Below are positions 8,194 to 19,053 of a DNA stretch of 64,000 nucleotides, in pieces (position 1 is the stretch's first letter; every line of letters starts with the position of its first letter). The DNA is from Nitrososphaeraceae archaeon (GTDB lineage Archaea > Thermoproteota > Nitrososphaeria > Nitrososphaerales > Nitrososphaeraceae), in contig DATGZA010000014.1 in NCBI GenBank assembly GCA_035297365.1, positions 128,001-192,000 of the forward strand, written 5' to 3'. The notes beneath the pieces were generated by a model. That model did not search any database and was not told where the DNA came from. It saw nothing but the letters and a program-made list of their open reading frames with translations. A program made the translations under genes and the position numbers.

Positions 8194-8254
8194 TTCTTAT
8201 TTAAGATGTTTTTTACTAAAATGTGAATATTTATGACGATCATTTAACGTAGTT

Positions 8255-10630
8255 ATGATTATTCAAAAAATTGTAGTATTTTTAATTCCAATTTTAGGTA
8301 CAATAATAATTTGTCCCTTAAATTCTATTGATTCAAAACTCATTATAAAAGGTCCATACATAGATGACGTCAAGTTCATTCATTATCTTGATGAGAATGT
8401 TGCCTTAGAGGAAATGAAGTCTGGCAATCTCGATATGTATTATTTCCGTATTCCCTTGGATTTGGTTCCCAGCATTCTTGCTGATGACGATATTAAATTA
8501 TATGATAAAGTGTCTGGAACATTTGGTATTCTTCTAAATCCGGCACCAGCAGAAGATGGCAGTATTAATCCATTCCAATTCCGTGAAATAAGGTATGCTA
8601 TGAATTTTTTAATTAATAGAAACTTTATTTCTAACGAAATATTGCAAGGATACGCTTTTCCATTATTTGATCCTTTTGGACCGCTTTCTCCTGATTATCG
8701 TGTGGTAATGGATGCTGTAGAATCATATGGTTTTCATTACGATCCCGAATTTGTTTCAAATATAATTGGAAAGGTTTTACAAGAAAATGGGGCATTTCTT
8801 GAAGACAAAAAATGGTATTTTAATGAAAAACCAATTACCTTAAAAATTCTCATAAGGAGCGATGACCAACAAAGAAAAGTACTTGGTGAATTGATATCAT
8901 ACGAACTCGAGAAGATGGGATTTACTGTGATAAAAGATTATGGAGATCTAAACAAATCACTGAGAATCTTACAAAGCACTAATCCACAAGATCTTCAATG
9001 GAATATGTATACAGAAGCATTTACTAGTAACGCATTTTCTAGATATAACGAAGACATAGTCGCTCAGTTTTATGCCCCATGGTACGCAAACATGCCGGGT
9101 TATCAAAATCCAGGATTCTGGCAATACCAAAATTCAACATTAGATTTTTTGACTCAAAAATTGGTTTTTTCAAACTTTACCTCAGAAAGTGAAAGAAATA
9201 TATTATTAGAAGCAGCAACAAAGATGGGAATCGAGGAATCTGTACGAATATTTTTAGTAAAGAATATAGATCCTTTTGCTGCTTCATCTTCTGTTTCTGG
9301 ATTAGTAAATGATTTTGGAGGAGGAATAGCTAACAAATATTCCTTATTTAATGCTAAATCCAACAAAACGAATTCTCTTGATATAGGTGTTAAGCAAATC
9401 TATCAAGGAGCATGGAATACTATTGGGGGGTTCAGCGATGCTTATAGTAGCAACATCTATTCAAATATTGCTGATAGTTCGATTCTCCGACATCCGTTTA
9501 CAGGCGACGTTATATCTATGAGAAATGAGATCGTAAATGTAACGACTAATGGACCATATAATAAACTTAAAGTCCATCCTGAAGCAATAATTTGGAATAG
9601 TTCCCACGGATGGATACATGCAGATCATAATTCTACTTCTCTAAGTAAGGTAATTAATAAGATACTTTATTCAAATTGGCATCACGGGATTCCAATGGAC
9701 AAATCCGATCTCCTTTATTCTTTGTATTTTATGTTTGAATGGGGATCTAATTATGGTCCAGACGATCTTACACAAGATCCAGAATATACGTCACGTGTAG
9801 AAATAAGTCTTCCTTTAATGAAGGGGATTCGATTTCTTTCTAACGACACTATAGAATCCTTTATTGATATATGGCATTATGATAGCAAGGAAATAACAGG
9901 ATATGCAGGATTGTGGCCACAAGAACCATGGGAAATTTCTGCAGCCACTGAAAGATTAGTCCTTTCAAATGTTCTTTCATTTTCCAAATCTCAAGCTACT
10001 ACAAAAAATGCAGAATGGTTATCGTTAATAATTCCAGGACATGCAAACTTAATAAAAAAAGAATTAATAAAAATGAAAAATGAAAATTTTATTCCTTTAC
10101 CATTAAAAAATATTGTAACCCTGGAAGAGGCAAAGAAAAGATATGATGCAAGCATAAAATGGATTGAAGATCATAAACATGCTGTAATAAGCAACGGTCC
10201 ATTTTTCTTGGACTCGTATAATCCATCAGGAAGAACCATAGAAATAAAGGCATTCCGTGATCAGACCTATCCTTTTGAACAGGGATATTGGTCACATCTA
10301 GAAAAACCAAAATCTATTCTGCTAACAAACTTTACAACTGACAAATTTATAAAAATCAGAGAAGAAAAAGTAATCGATTTTCAAGCTCTAGTTGATAATT
10401 CGCCTCAATCCAATATCTCCATTTATTACTTTCTAATTGATTATTCCGGAAAAATAGTGAATTCAGGGACGGCTAAAAAGATTAACGATGTTGGATCTTT
10501 TCAAATTCAATTGCACAAAATACTAACTGAAACATTAAGGCAAGGACCACTTTCATTAAAAATATTTGCGAATACTAACGAAGCACTGAAACCATTCATT
10601 TCTAATAACCTCTATTTAGTCATTAAATAG
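8255..10630 (+). CDS. ABC transporter substrate-binding protein, family 5 (peptide/nickel)
   Basis: NPFQFREIRYAMNFLINR and ISNGPFFLDSY motifs; N-terminal signal. Confidence 0.88.
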   Translation: MIIQKIVVFLIPILGTIIICPLNSIDSKLIIKGPYIDDVKFIHYLDENVALEEMKSGNLDMYYFRIPLDLVPSILADDDIKLYDKVSGTFGILLNPAPAEDGSINPFQFREIRYAMNFLINRNFISNEILQGYAFPLFDPFGPLSPDYRVVMDAVESYGFHYDPEFVSNIIGKVLQENGAFLEDKKWYFNEKPITLKILIRSDDQQRKVLGELISYELEKMGFTVIKDYGDLNKSLRILQSTNPQDLQWNMYTEAFTSNAFSRYNEDIVAQFYAPWYANMPGYQNPGFWQYQNSTLDFLTQKLVFSNFTSESERNILLEAATKMGIEESVRIFLVKNIDPFAASSSVSGLVNDFGGGIANKYSLFNAKSNKTNSLDIGVKQIYQGAWNTIGGFSDAYSSNIYSNIADSSILRHPFTGDVISMRNEIVNVTTNGPYNKLKVHPEAIIWNSSHGWIHADHNSTSLSKVINKILYSNWHHGIPMDKSDLLYSLYFMFEWGSNYGPDDLTQDPEYTSRVEISLPLMKGIRFLSNDTIESFIDIWHYDSKEITGYAGLWPQEPWEISAATERLVLSNVLSFSKSQATTKNAEWLSLIIPGHANLIKKELIKMKNENFIPLPLKNIVTLEEAKKRYDASIKWIEDHKHAVISNGPFFLDSYNPSGRTIEIKAFRDQTYPFEQGYWSHLEKPKSILLTNFTTDKFIKIREEKVIDFQALVDNSPQSNISIYYFLIDYSGKIVNSGTAKKINDVGSFQIQLHKILTETLRQGPLSLKIFANTNEALKPFISNNLYLVIK

Positions 10631-10807
10631 TTTTTAATAATCTTATATTTGTATAGTTTTTTCTGATGCGCTCTTTTTAATTTTTTGTTTTTTATAACAT
10701 TATTAATTTTTTATCATGAGATTATGTTGTCAATTATTATAATATCAAACTATATCGATATCGATATTTTTATATTTTCTAGTTTTTATTACTTCACATT
10801 ATATTCC

Positions 10808-11740
10808 ATGAGCTTTTCTATTGCTGTTCCTATATCTGTTTCGACGGCACATAGCCCTGGTCATATTACGGGTTTCTTTGAAAAACCACCCAATCACTTT
10901 AAAGATAGTCGTCTTTCTGTTGGTTCTCGGGGCGCTGGTTTTTCAATAAAAAAAGGTGTTACAACTACTGTAGAGTTATATGAATCATCCAAAATGTCTT
11001 ATGAAATTTTTATAAATGGTTTGATGGTAAAAAATGCTCCTGTATCTGATTGGATCGTTAGACGTTATATTAAAGAGTGCGATTCTAATTTCTTGATAAA
11101 AATAAAACATCTCGTTGATATTCCTATTGGTTTTGGTTTAGGTACCAGTGGAGCTGGAGCGTTAAGCTTATCCTATGCACTTAATCAAGTTCTAGATACG
11201 AAGTTTAGTATCGAACAGGCGGCACAAATTGCTCATGTCGCAGAGTTACATTGTAAAACGGGGTTTGGTACTGTGCTCTCTGAATTTCATGGAGGATTAG
11301 AAATTAGAACTAGTTTTGGGGCACCAGGTATTGGAAAAGTCACTAAAATTGAGCCAAAAGATCATTTAGCTATAATTTTGTGTATCAATCCAATTTTTAC
11401 AAAAAAAATTCTTTCTACGTATTCAAATAAAGCAAATATATTAGCTAGACGAATGGTGGAACAATTACTTGTTTCTAGGGATCTCAAAGATTTTCTAAAA
11501 TTATCAAGAAAATTCGCTGATTTTCTAGGCCTAACTAAGGGTATTTGCGCCGCACCCTTAAATGAACTTGCTATTAATGGAATATATTCAAGTGTAGCCC
11601 TTTTTGGTGAAACTGTATTTACTTTAGTACCAAAGAAAGAAGAAAAAAAAGTAAGTTCTATCTTAGGTAAATTTCAAGGAGTTCTGGTTGTTAGTGATAT
11701 TGATACTAAAGGAGCGGTATTAAGAAATCATGATCAATAA
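10808..11740 (+). CDS. pok: pantoate kinase (GHMP family)
   Basis: PGHITGFF, GSRGAG, PIGFGLGTSGA; first gene of the CoA cluster; start moved to ATG 10808. Confidence 0.92.
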   Translation: MSFSIAVPISVSTAHSPGHITGFFEKPPNHFKDSRLSVGSRGAGFSIKKGVTTTVELYESSKMSYEIFINGLMVKNAPVSDWIVRRYIKECDSNFLIKIKHLVDIPIGFGLGTSGAGALSLSYALNQVLDTKFSIEQAAQIAHVAELHCKTGFGTVLSEFHGGLEIRTSFGAPGIGKVTKIEPKDHLAIILCINPIFTKKILSTYSNKANILARRMVEQLLVSRDLKDFLKLSRKFADFLGLTKGICAAPLNELAINGIYSSVALFGETVFTLVPKKEEKKVSSILGKFQGVLVVSDIDTKGAVLRNHDQ

Positions 11741-12494
11741 TCATATCCCGTCAAATCATCCTAGAGCAAAGTCTCTCTATATTCGAAATTTACTTGTAAC
11801 TGGTTTTAAATCTGGATTAGTGGTCCCAGAAGGATTACTGGCGCATGGAAGAGGAGAAGCTTTTGATTACCTCATAGGAGAACATACTTCTGTCTACGCA
11901 TTACATGCCATTAAGGCTGCATCCTCTCTATTATTATTGGCAGATCATCCGGTAATCTCGGTTAATGGAAATTCTGCAGCTTTATGTGCTAGGGAAATGG
12001 TAGAATTAGCTAATCATTCTAGTGCATTTTTAGAAGTGAATTTATTTTATAAGAGTCGTGATCGGGAATATCGTATTTCAGAAACACTAAAGAAGAATGG
12101 AGCTAATATTGTTCTTGGGTTAGATAAAAAGAATTCTATAGATATTACCGACCTAACTAGCTCTAGAAGACATGTGGATCTTGAAGGAATAAACAAAGCA
12201 GATGTTGTATTAGTACCTTTAGAAGATGGAGATAGAACAAGTGCTTTAATCAAGATGAAGAAAAAAGTAATAACAATAGATTTAAATCCTCTTTCAAGAA
12301 CCTCCCAGTCGGCCACTATTAGTATTATTGATAACATTGTGCGAGCTATGCCCTACCTCGTTGAAACAACAAAAAAAATAAAAAACATGAAAAGGAGCTC
12401 ACTTGAAAAAATCGTGGACCAATATGATAATCAATATAATCTGGACAAGTCTATAAAACTAATACGTGGAAATGCGAGCTCAAAACGTAGATAA
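11730..12494 (+). CDS. pps: phosphopantothenate synthetase
   Basis: HPRAKSL, AHGRGEAFDYLIGE, VPLEDGDR, IDLNPLSRT. Confidence 0.95.
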   Translation: MINNHIPSNHPRAKSLYIRNLLVTGFKSGLVVPEGLLAHGRGEAFDYLIGEHTSVYALHAIKAASSLLLLADHPVISVNGNSAALCAREMVELANHSSAFLEVNLFYKSRDREYRISETLKKNGANIVLGLDKKNSIDITDLTSSRRHVDLEGINKADVVLVPLEDGDRTSALIKMKKKVITIDLNPLSRTSQSATISIIDNIVRAMPYLVETTKKIKNMKRSSLEKIVDQYDNQYNLDKSIKLIRGNASSKRR

Positions 12495-13347
12495 TGATAC
12501 TGATAAAAATAGATCAAGAAAATTAACAGTTACTGAGTTCATTTTAATGAAGAATAGAGAAAAAATTTCGATGGTTACTTCTTATGATTATTGGAGTTCG
12601 AAAATATGTGATAAAGCAGGAATCGATGTCTTGCTGGTTGGAGATAGCGCAGGCATGGTAATGCTTGGATATGATTCTACTATCCCAGTTAGGATGAAAG
12701 AAATGTTGTTATTTACAAGAGCAGTAGCACGTGGTACAAAAAGAGGGCTAATTGTATCCGATATGCCACTTGGGTCGTATCAAACAGATACAATTCATGC
12801 TATAAGAAATGCAATAAGATTTATCAAGGCTGGTAGCGACGCTGTGAAATTAGAGGGCGGTGTTGAGGTCGCAGACAAAATAAGGGCAATTGTAAACTGT
12901 GGAATTCCGGTTTTGGGTCACATTGGGTTGAAACCACAGACTGCAAAACTCTGGGAGGGATATAGAGTCCAAGGTAATACATGCGCTTCTGGTTCTGATC
13001 TTATTAAGGATGCAAAAGAGCTGGAAAAAGCTGGTGTTTTTGGAATAGTTCTTGAAATGGTAACATCAGAGATATCGAAATTAATTTCAAAAAATGTAAG
13101 AATTCCAACAATAGGAATAGGTTCAGGACCTTACTGTGATGGCCAGGTTCTTGTCCTTCATGACATGTTGGGTTTATATGATGATATTAAACCTCGCTTC
13201 GTGAAAAATTATACTGATCTGTCCAAGCATATTTTTCAAGCAACACAGAATTACATAAATGAAGTAAAAACGGGAGTTTTTCCAGAAGACAAACACACTT
13301 TTCATATGAAAAAAGAAGAATATAATAAATTAAAAGCGGGAAAATAA
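12466..13347 (+). CDS. panB: 3-methyl-2-oxobutanoate hydroxymethyltransferase
   Basis: LLVGDS, AVKLEGG, GHIGLKPQ, IGIGSG..CDGQVLV. Confidence 0.97.
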   Translation: MEMRAQNVDNDTDKNRSRKLTVTEFILMKNREKISMVTSYDYWSSKICDKAGIDVLLVGDSAGMVMLGYDSTIPVRMKEMLLFTRAVARGTKRGLIVSDMPLGSYQTDTIHAIRNAIRFIKAGSDAVKLEGGVEVADKIRAIVNCGIPVLGHIGLKPQTAKLWEGYRVQGNTCASGSDLIKDAKELEKAGVFGIVLEMVTSEISKLISKNVRIPTIGIGSGPYCDGQVLVLHDMLGLYDDIKPRFVKNYTDLSKHIFQATQNYINEVKTGVFPEDKHTFHMKKEEYNKLKAGK

Positions 13348-13365
13348 ATCATGTGATACTATAAA

Positions 13366-14637
13366 ATGAAAATTAAGAGAACCAACAATTTACATCCATC
13401 AAAGGATATCTCGTGTACATTAGGCGATGAGCTTAAAGGAAAACGGGTAATTTTATGTGTTTCTGGCAGTGTAGCCGCATACAAAGCCATAGATTTTGCT
13501 AGACTTCTGATGAGACATGGTGCTGATGTATTTGCAGTAATTTCTAAATCTACATCTTTATTATTAAATCCTAATTTTTTAAAATGGGCTACAGGAAACG
13601 AGGTAGTTGCAAAATTGACTGGGAATATGGAACATATTGCTTTGGGAGACTTTGAAATGTCTGATTTAGTAGTAGTATATCCATGTACTGCAAATACTTT
13701 GGGTAAATTCGCATGTGGGATAGACGATACTCCTATTACATCAATTCTTACAGTTTCTCTTGGATCCAAAATTCCAATATTTATAGCTCCAGCTATGCAC
13801 GAAGCAATGTATCACAATCCTTTTGTGGTCAATAATTTAGAAACAATAAGACAAAATGGTGTGTCAATAATAGAATCATCTATGATTGAAGGAAAAGCGA
13901 AAATTGCAACACCTGAGAATGCATTATCTCAAATTTTGAATTTTTTTGCACAATCCAATAATAAAATTTTGTCAAATAAAAAAATTCTTGTAACCTCTGG
14001 AAGTACTATAGAATTTATCGATCCTGTAAGAGTTATATCCAATCTGAGTTCGGGAAAAATGGGACAAGCTCTTGTAAACGAAGCTTTAGAACAAGGCGCG
14101 CATGTTACTCATATATCAGGTAATTCCCTCCTTAAACCTTTAACTAATAGAAATTTAAAAAATATCCAGGTTACTACATCTGAGGATATGTATGAACAAG
14201 TGACATCTGAATTATCTTCTAAGAAATATGATATCGCGATAATGGCTGCTGCCATCTCTGATTTTAAGATGAACCAAGTAAATAAAAAGAAGATCAGAAG
14301 TCGCGGCCATAATAAATTAACAATAGATTTGTTTCCAACGAAAAAGATCATAAATTACATAAAATTGGTAGATAAGAATATTTTTCTTGTAGGTTTTACA
14401 GCCTATCATGATGTATCCAATTCATTTCTTATTTCTAGGGCAAATGAAAAATTAAAAGAATCTAGTAGTGATATTATTATTGCAAATGACGTTGGAAGAA
14501 AATGTTCTACAATTGGTTCAGATTATAATGAAGTATTTATAATTTCTAAAAATAAACCCGTTGTTCATTTACCTCCTGAACGAAAAGACCTCATCGCAAA
14601 AAAAATATATGAAATAATTGTTTCATATCTGAAATGA
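13366..14637 (+). CDS. coaBC: phosphopantothenoylcysteine decarboxylase/synthetase
   Basis: GSVAAYKA, PCTANT, PAMHEAM, IDPVRVISNLSSGKMG. Confidence 0.96.
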   Translation: MKIKRTNNLHPSKDISCTLGDELKGKRVILCVSGSVAAYKAIDFARLLMRHGADVFAVISKSTSLLLNPNFLKWATGNEVVAKLTGNMEHIALGDFEMSDLVVVYPCTANTLGKFACGIDDTPITSILTVSLGSKIPIFIAPAMHEAMYHNPFVVNNLETIRQNGVSIIESSMIEGKAKIATPENALSQILNFFAQSNNKILSNKKILVTSGSTIEFIDPVRVISNLSSGKMGQALVNEALEQGAHVTHISGNSLLKPLTNRNLKNIQVTTSEDMYEQVTSELSSKKYDIAIMAAAISDFKMNQVNKKKIRSRGHNKLTIDLFPTKKIINYIKLVDKNIFLVGFTAYHDVSNSFLISRANEKLKESSSDIIIANDVGRKCSTIGSDYNEVFIISKNKPVVHLPPERKDLIAKKIYEIIVSYLK

Positions 14638-14702
14638 ATAATAAATTAACCTTGTTTTATATTTTTAATTGAGTATTTTATGAACAAATTTATTATAATA
14701 TA

Positions 14703-15788
14703 TTATAATATAACTAGATTATTTCTAAATTTGTTCATTTTTTGTACACCGTTTTTTATTTTGTTATCGATGATCACACTATCCTCTATTCTAATACCAA
14801 ATTTGGACTTCAAATAAATTCCTGGTTCTATTGTTATGGTCATATTATTATTTAAGATCTGTTTATTGTTTCTGCGAATCCAAGGGGGTTCATGAACATC
14901 CAAACCAATTCCATGTCCTGTAGAATGATTAAATTCCTCATTGTAACCCCTATTCGAAATAAAATCTCTGCAAATTTTATCTACTTTTCCAGCTGTTGTA
15001 TTTTCGCAAGCGTTTTTAACCCCTAAATCTTGTGACTCTCTAACTATTTCATAGATTTTTTTCATTTCTGAACTAATTCTCCCAAGAGCAAAAGTTCTTG
15101 TTGCATCTCCAACATATCCTTTATATCTTAATGTTATGTCTACCACAATAAAATCACCCGTCTTGAATCTTCTATCTGAAACACTTGAGTGCGGTAATGC
15201 TCCATTTGGACCACTTGCGATAATAAAAGGATTTAGAGTCGATCTGTACGAAGGCAAGCTTGCTTTCTTTTTTAAAGCCTCATACACTAGTGTTGCCTGT
15301 AACTGTCTTTCAGAAATTCCAACCTTTACCTCATTTATACAGATTTCAAATAAGTAATCTATGATCTTTGCTGCATGCTGAATATTTCTTATTTCTTCCC
15401 TATCTTTAATCATTCTACATTTAAAAAAAGGCTCATCATTGACAATGATCTTTTTTTTACCTATATGATTCCTCAAATATTCAACTCTATTGTATTCCTC
15501 ACAATCGGTTATTGACGAATCGCTATTGTTTAAATTGGATATAACAGAAAATAAAATATCATTCCCTCTTTCAGACTGAACCACTTGGCAATCCTTTGAA
15601 TCTAAGTTAGCTCGAACATACTCTAATTTCGGAGTATATAACTTAGTCAGGTCTTGGTCCACCAACAGTACTCCCTCCCCCCAAAATCCTGTTAAATAAT
15701 AAATATTTTCTGGTTTAAAGGCAATTAAATTTTTACCTCCATACTTTGATATAGCTTTTAATATGTTTTTTCTGCGGTCACCGAACAT
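14703..15788 (-). CDS. Xaa-Pro peptidase (M24B family)
   Basis: D..TRTF, HSTGHGIGLDVHE, TIEPGIY, GIRIED. Confidence 0.93.
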   Translation of the reverse strand: MFGDRRKNILKAISKYGGKNLIAFKPENIYYLTGFWGEGVLLVDQDLTKLYTPKLEYVRANLDSKDCQVVQSERGNDILFSVISNLNNSDSSITDCEEYNRVEYLRNHIGKKKIIVNDEPFFKCRMIKDREEIRNIQHAAKIIDYLFEICINEVKVGISERQLQATLVYEALKKKASLPSYRSTLNPFIIASGPNGALPHSSVSDRRFKTGDFIVVDITLRYKGYVGDATRTFALGRISSEMKKIYEIVRESQDLGVKNACENTTAGKVDKICRDFISNRGYNEEFNHSTGHGIGLDVHEPPWIRRNNKQILNNNMTITIEPGIYLKSKFGIRIEDSVIIDNKIKNGVQKMNKFRNNLVIL

Positions 15789-15899
15789 ATTTTTAGATTG
15801 TAATGTTATCTTTTATTCCTTTTCAATAATATTACAGGTATATTTGTTCTAAACACGGATTAAAACTTCAAACGGAAGGCTACAAGTTTTTTACTAATC

Positions 15900-16210
15900 T
15901 AAGCAGATGGCTCCTATTTTGATAGTAATACTATTTCAGTTTATATGATTTAGTACGATGAAATCCGGAATAAAAGCAGCAAAGAATGTTAGATGTAAAA
16001 AACTAACTATTTCAAAATAAATTTGGAAATAATCGGCACCCAACTGAATTTAACAAATGGAGAAATAGTGACTCATTGAAAAATATTGATTGTAGAATCT
16101 GTTTTTTCCTTCATGAAAAGATGCTTCATGAATATATATGGTAGTTAAACTTCCCAACATGGTAAAGAAATGATCTTAAAATCACTACAATTTGTTTACC
16201 TCCATAACAT
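15900..16210 (+). mobile_element. decayed IS5-family transposase, C-terminal relic
   Basis: Frameshifted fragments in order: ADGSYFDSN (15903), FNKWRNS (16049), IVESVFSFMKR (16089), PNMVK/EMILK/YNLF (16153-16197), matching the D...E(x6)K C-terminus of IS5-type DDE transposases. Confidence 0.7.
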
Positions 16211-17028
16211 AATTTTAGATTAGTTTTTCAAAATGAAACTATTATGGCGTCAAGATTTTGGATATTATTACATTAAATTGGACACTCTTTATTCACATGT
16301 CATTTAGACTTAGAATTAAAACAATTGTCATTATTATTGGAAAGAATAAAAAATGTGTCAAACCTCGTTTTCAATAATATCCTAATCAATCATTTGATAA
16401 TAGTCCTGCAAAAGCAAACCATTGACTTTTAAAAATTTTAATAAAACTTTTTCATCCTCAATATTATAATATTTTTTCATTTTTTCTAATAGTTTATCAT
16501 CATAAAATATTGCTCCAATCATCTTATGTTCAACTAGTTATAATTTAGGTATTTTTTAAAATGATCATTGTATATTTTTTATATTTGATTCACATTAATC
16601 ATTTTAGCTGATTTTATTTATTGTACTTGCAACATGATCTACAGGAAAAAGATGACATGTATCTGCATATGTGTTATACTTCGATCTCTACGTTTAGATT
16701 AAATTGACAACTTCAGACTTTATATCTTTTTTTGCCAAAACTAAACTATATCTAAAATATTAAATGTAGATTTTTAATTATTTAATGCTAATTCTATGAG
16801 TTTATAAATTTAATTTAACAAGATAAAGGTATAACTTTATTTCTTTAAAAAAATTTGTATTGACGATATTGAAGTCAATACGTGGAGTAACTGCAAATAA
16901 GAATTTTACCTCAAATGTATAGAAATTTCATATCACTAAAATCCATTATAAATTCGGGATTTCTAGCACTGATTTTTCTGTTGAATATATATTAAAATAT
17001 AGGTTCAACAGACTGTTATTGAAAAATC

Positions 17029-18171
17029 ATGGAATATTTGGTTATGTTGCCAGGTCCAACTAACGTTCCAAATCGTGTCATGAATGCTATGCTTGCCCCA
17101 ATAATAAATCATCGTAGCGAAGATTTTCGTGTTCTGTATAAGGGAATAATTGAAAAGACTCAGAAAGTTTTTGATACTTCAAGTGATATTATCCTTCTTA
17201 CTACATCTGGAACTGGTGCAGTTGAATCCTCAGTGGTTAATCTAATAAAGAAAGGTGATAAAGCAATAATTCCAGTTAATGGTGAATTCAGTACACGTCT
17301 AGCCGATTTAATTGATAGTTGGGGTGGAACGGCAATAAGGGTCAATGCGCCATTTGGTCAGAATCCCCCAATAGAAGAAATAGAAAAGGCATTTGAAGAT
17401 AATAAAGATGTTAAAGCAGTTTATGCTGTTTACAACGAAACATCAACTGGCACTACTATAAGATATATGGATAAACTCGGAGATCTTTCCAGCAAATTTG
17501 GCTCATTTTTTGTAGCAGATGCAGTTTCAATACTAGGAGGAGATGAACTCCCAGTTGATAAGTGGAACGTTGATATCTGTATAACTGCCTCGCAAAAGGC
17601 ATTAGCAGCACCTCCTGGTGTATCTCCGGTGTCGATCAATGAAAGAACCAAAAAATACATGCAGTCTAATCCTTCACCAATACTTTATTTAAATTTCAAT
17701 AGGTATTTTAAATATTACCAAGAACATATAGAGACCCCTTTCACTCCGGCATTACCTCTCTATTATGCATTTGATGAAGCCTTAAATATCATTATGGACG
17801 AGGGAATGACTAACAGAATACAGAGGCATAGAATATGTGCTGATGCATTTTATTCGGGTCTTAATAGTCTCGGATTAACTCCTTTTGCTTATGAAAATGC
17901 TAGAAGCAATGTCGTTATTGCTTTAAACTATCTCGACGGAATGGACGATAAGAAATTTAGAACACTATTATCCGATAAATTTAGGGTTCTAGTTGCTGGG
18001 GGATTTGGAAATCTTAAGGGCAAAGTTTTCAGAATTGGGAGTATGGGTGAAGTGAATGAGTATCATGTTATGAGAACAATGTCTTCTATTTATTCTGCCA
18101 TGACAATGCTCGGAATTGAAGTAAACAAAGATGCTTTATATATAGCAGAAGAAAAATTGAAAAACCTTTAA
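17029..18171 (+). CDS. class V PLP aminotransferase (serine-pyruvate/alanine-glyoxylate family)
   Basis: MLPGPT, NETSTG, DAVS, ASQKAL, TPFTP, FRIGSMG. Confidence 0.93.
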   Translation: MEYLVMLPGPTNVPNRVMNAMLAPIINHRSEDFRVLYKGIIEKTQKVFDTSSDIILLTTSGTGAVESSVVNLIKKGDKAIIPVNGEFSTRLADLIDSWGGTAIRVNAPFGQNPPIEEIEKAFEDNKDVKAVYAVYNETSTGTTIRYMDKLGDLSSKFGSFFVADAVSILGGDELPVDKWNVDICITASQKALAAPPGVSPVSINERTKKYMQSNPSPILYLNFNRYFKYYQEHIETPFTPALPLYYAFDEALNIIMDEGMTNRIQRHRICADAFYSGLNSLGLTPFAYENARSNVVIALNYLDGMDDKKFRTLLSDKFRVLVAGGFGNLKGKVFRIGSMGEVNEYHVMRTMSSIYSAMTMLGIEVNKDALYIAEEKLKNL

Positions 18172-18232
18172 ACCATATAAATATTTTTAATTTTCGTCAA
18201 GCTTAATATAAGGTAAATTAATAGCGATTTTT

Positions 18233-18982
18233 ATGCCTTTTGAAAAAGGATCACTAATACTATTAGATTATACTGCAAGAATCAAAGATAATAATGAAAT
18301 TTTTGAAACTACTCGAGAAGAAGATGCTAAAAATTCGAATTCATATGATCCCGTAAGAAAATATGAACCTCGTCTTGTATCAATTGGAGAAGGATGGGTT
18401 CTCAGAGGCGTAGATGAAGCACTTTCTACTGCTAATGTAGGCGAGAAATTAGTGATTGAAATTTCTCCCGATAAAGGCTTCGGGGATAGAGATCCGAATA
18501 AAATCCGAATGATTCCACAAAGAAAGTTAGGAGAAAAAGCTGCCGAAATAAAGGTAGGTGATGTTGTAGAGATTGATGAAAGACCGGGTATTGTAAGATA
18601 TATAGGTTCTGGGCGCGTTCAAATAGATTATAATCATAGACTTGCAAGTAGGAGTTTGGTATACGATGTAAATATTATCCAGAAATTAGATACAAACGAA
18701 GAAAAAATAAAGAATTTAATGAAAAGACGTCTTCCACTCAAGGATGAAAAGATAAAGTTTGAAATGCAAGATGGTACACTCGAGATCGAACTTCCCGAAG
18801 ATGTTTTGTTATTAGACGGATTACAAATAATTAAACGAGCTATTTCTACCGATCTCTTTAAATTTATAACTTCCCTTCAAAAAATTATCTTCAAGGAAGT
18901 ATATAGTTTACCATCTTCTAAAGGCTCTCAAAAATTGGAGGCAACAACTGCTGAGGCAACAACTGCTGAGGCAAGAACCTAG
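18233..18982 (+). CDS. slyD: FKBP-type peptidyl-prolyl isomerase (long archaeal SlyD)
   Basis: IFETT, GVDEAL, PDKGFGDRD, DYNHRLA. Confidence 0.93.
   Translation: MPFEKGSLILLDYTARIKDNNEIFETTREEDAKNSNSYDPVRKYEPRLVSIGEGWVLRGVDEALSTANVGEKLVIEISPDKGFGDRDPNKIRMIPQRKLGEKAAEIKVGDVVEIDERPGIVRYIGSGRVQIDYNHRLASRSLVYDVNIIQKLDTNEEKIKNLMKRRLPLKDEKIKFEMQDGTLEIELPEDVLLLDGLQIIKRAISTDLFKFITSLQKIIFKEVYSLPSSKGSQKLEATTAEATTAEART
18938..18974 (+). repeat. 15-bp tandem repeat, about 2.5 copies (EATTA)
   Basis: GAGGCAACAACTGCT twice plus GAGGCAA at the slyD 3' end. Confidence 0.9.
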
Positions 18983-19053
18983 ACCAGAGAATCAATCTAT
19001 CAATTATTTTTTATCTTAATACTCTAATTTTTGACCATTTATGAGAATTAAAA

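Noticed and set aside
16857-16881. Palindrome GTATTGAC-N9-GTCAATAC upstream of the aminotransferase
   Set aside because: Could be an operator, but it is a single instance with no supporting evidence
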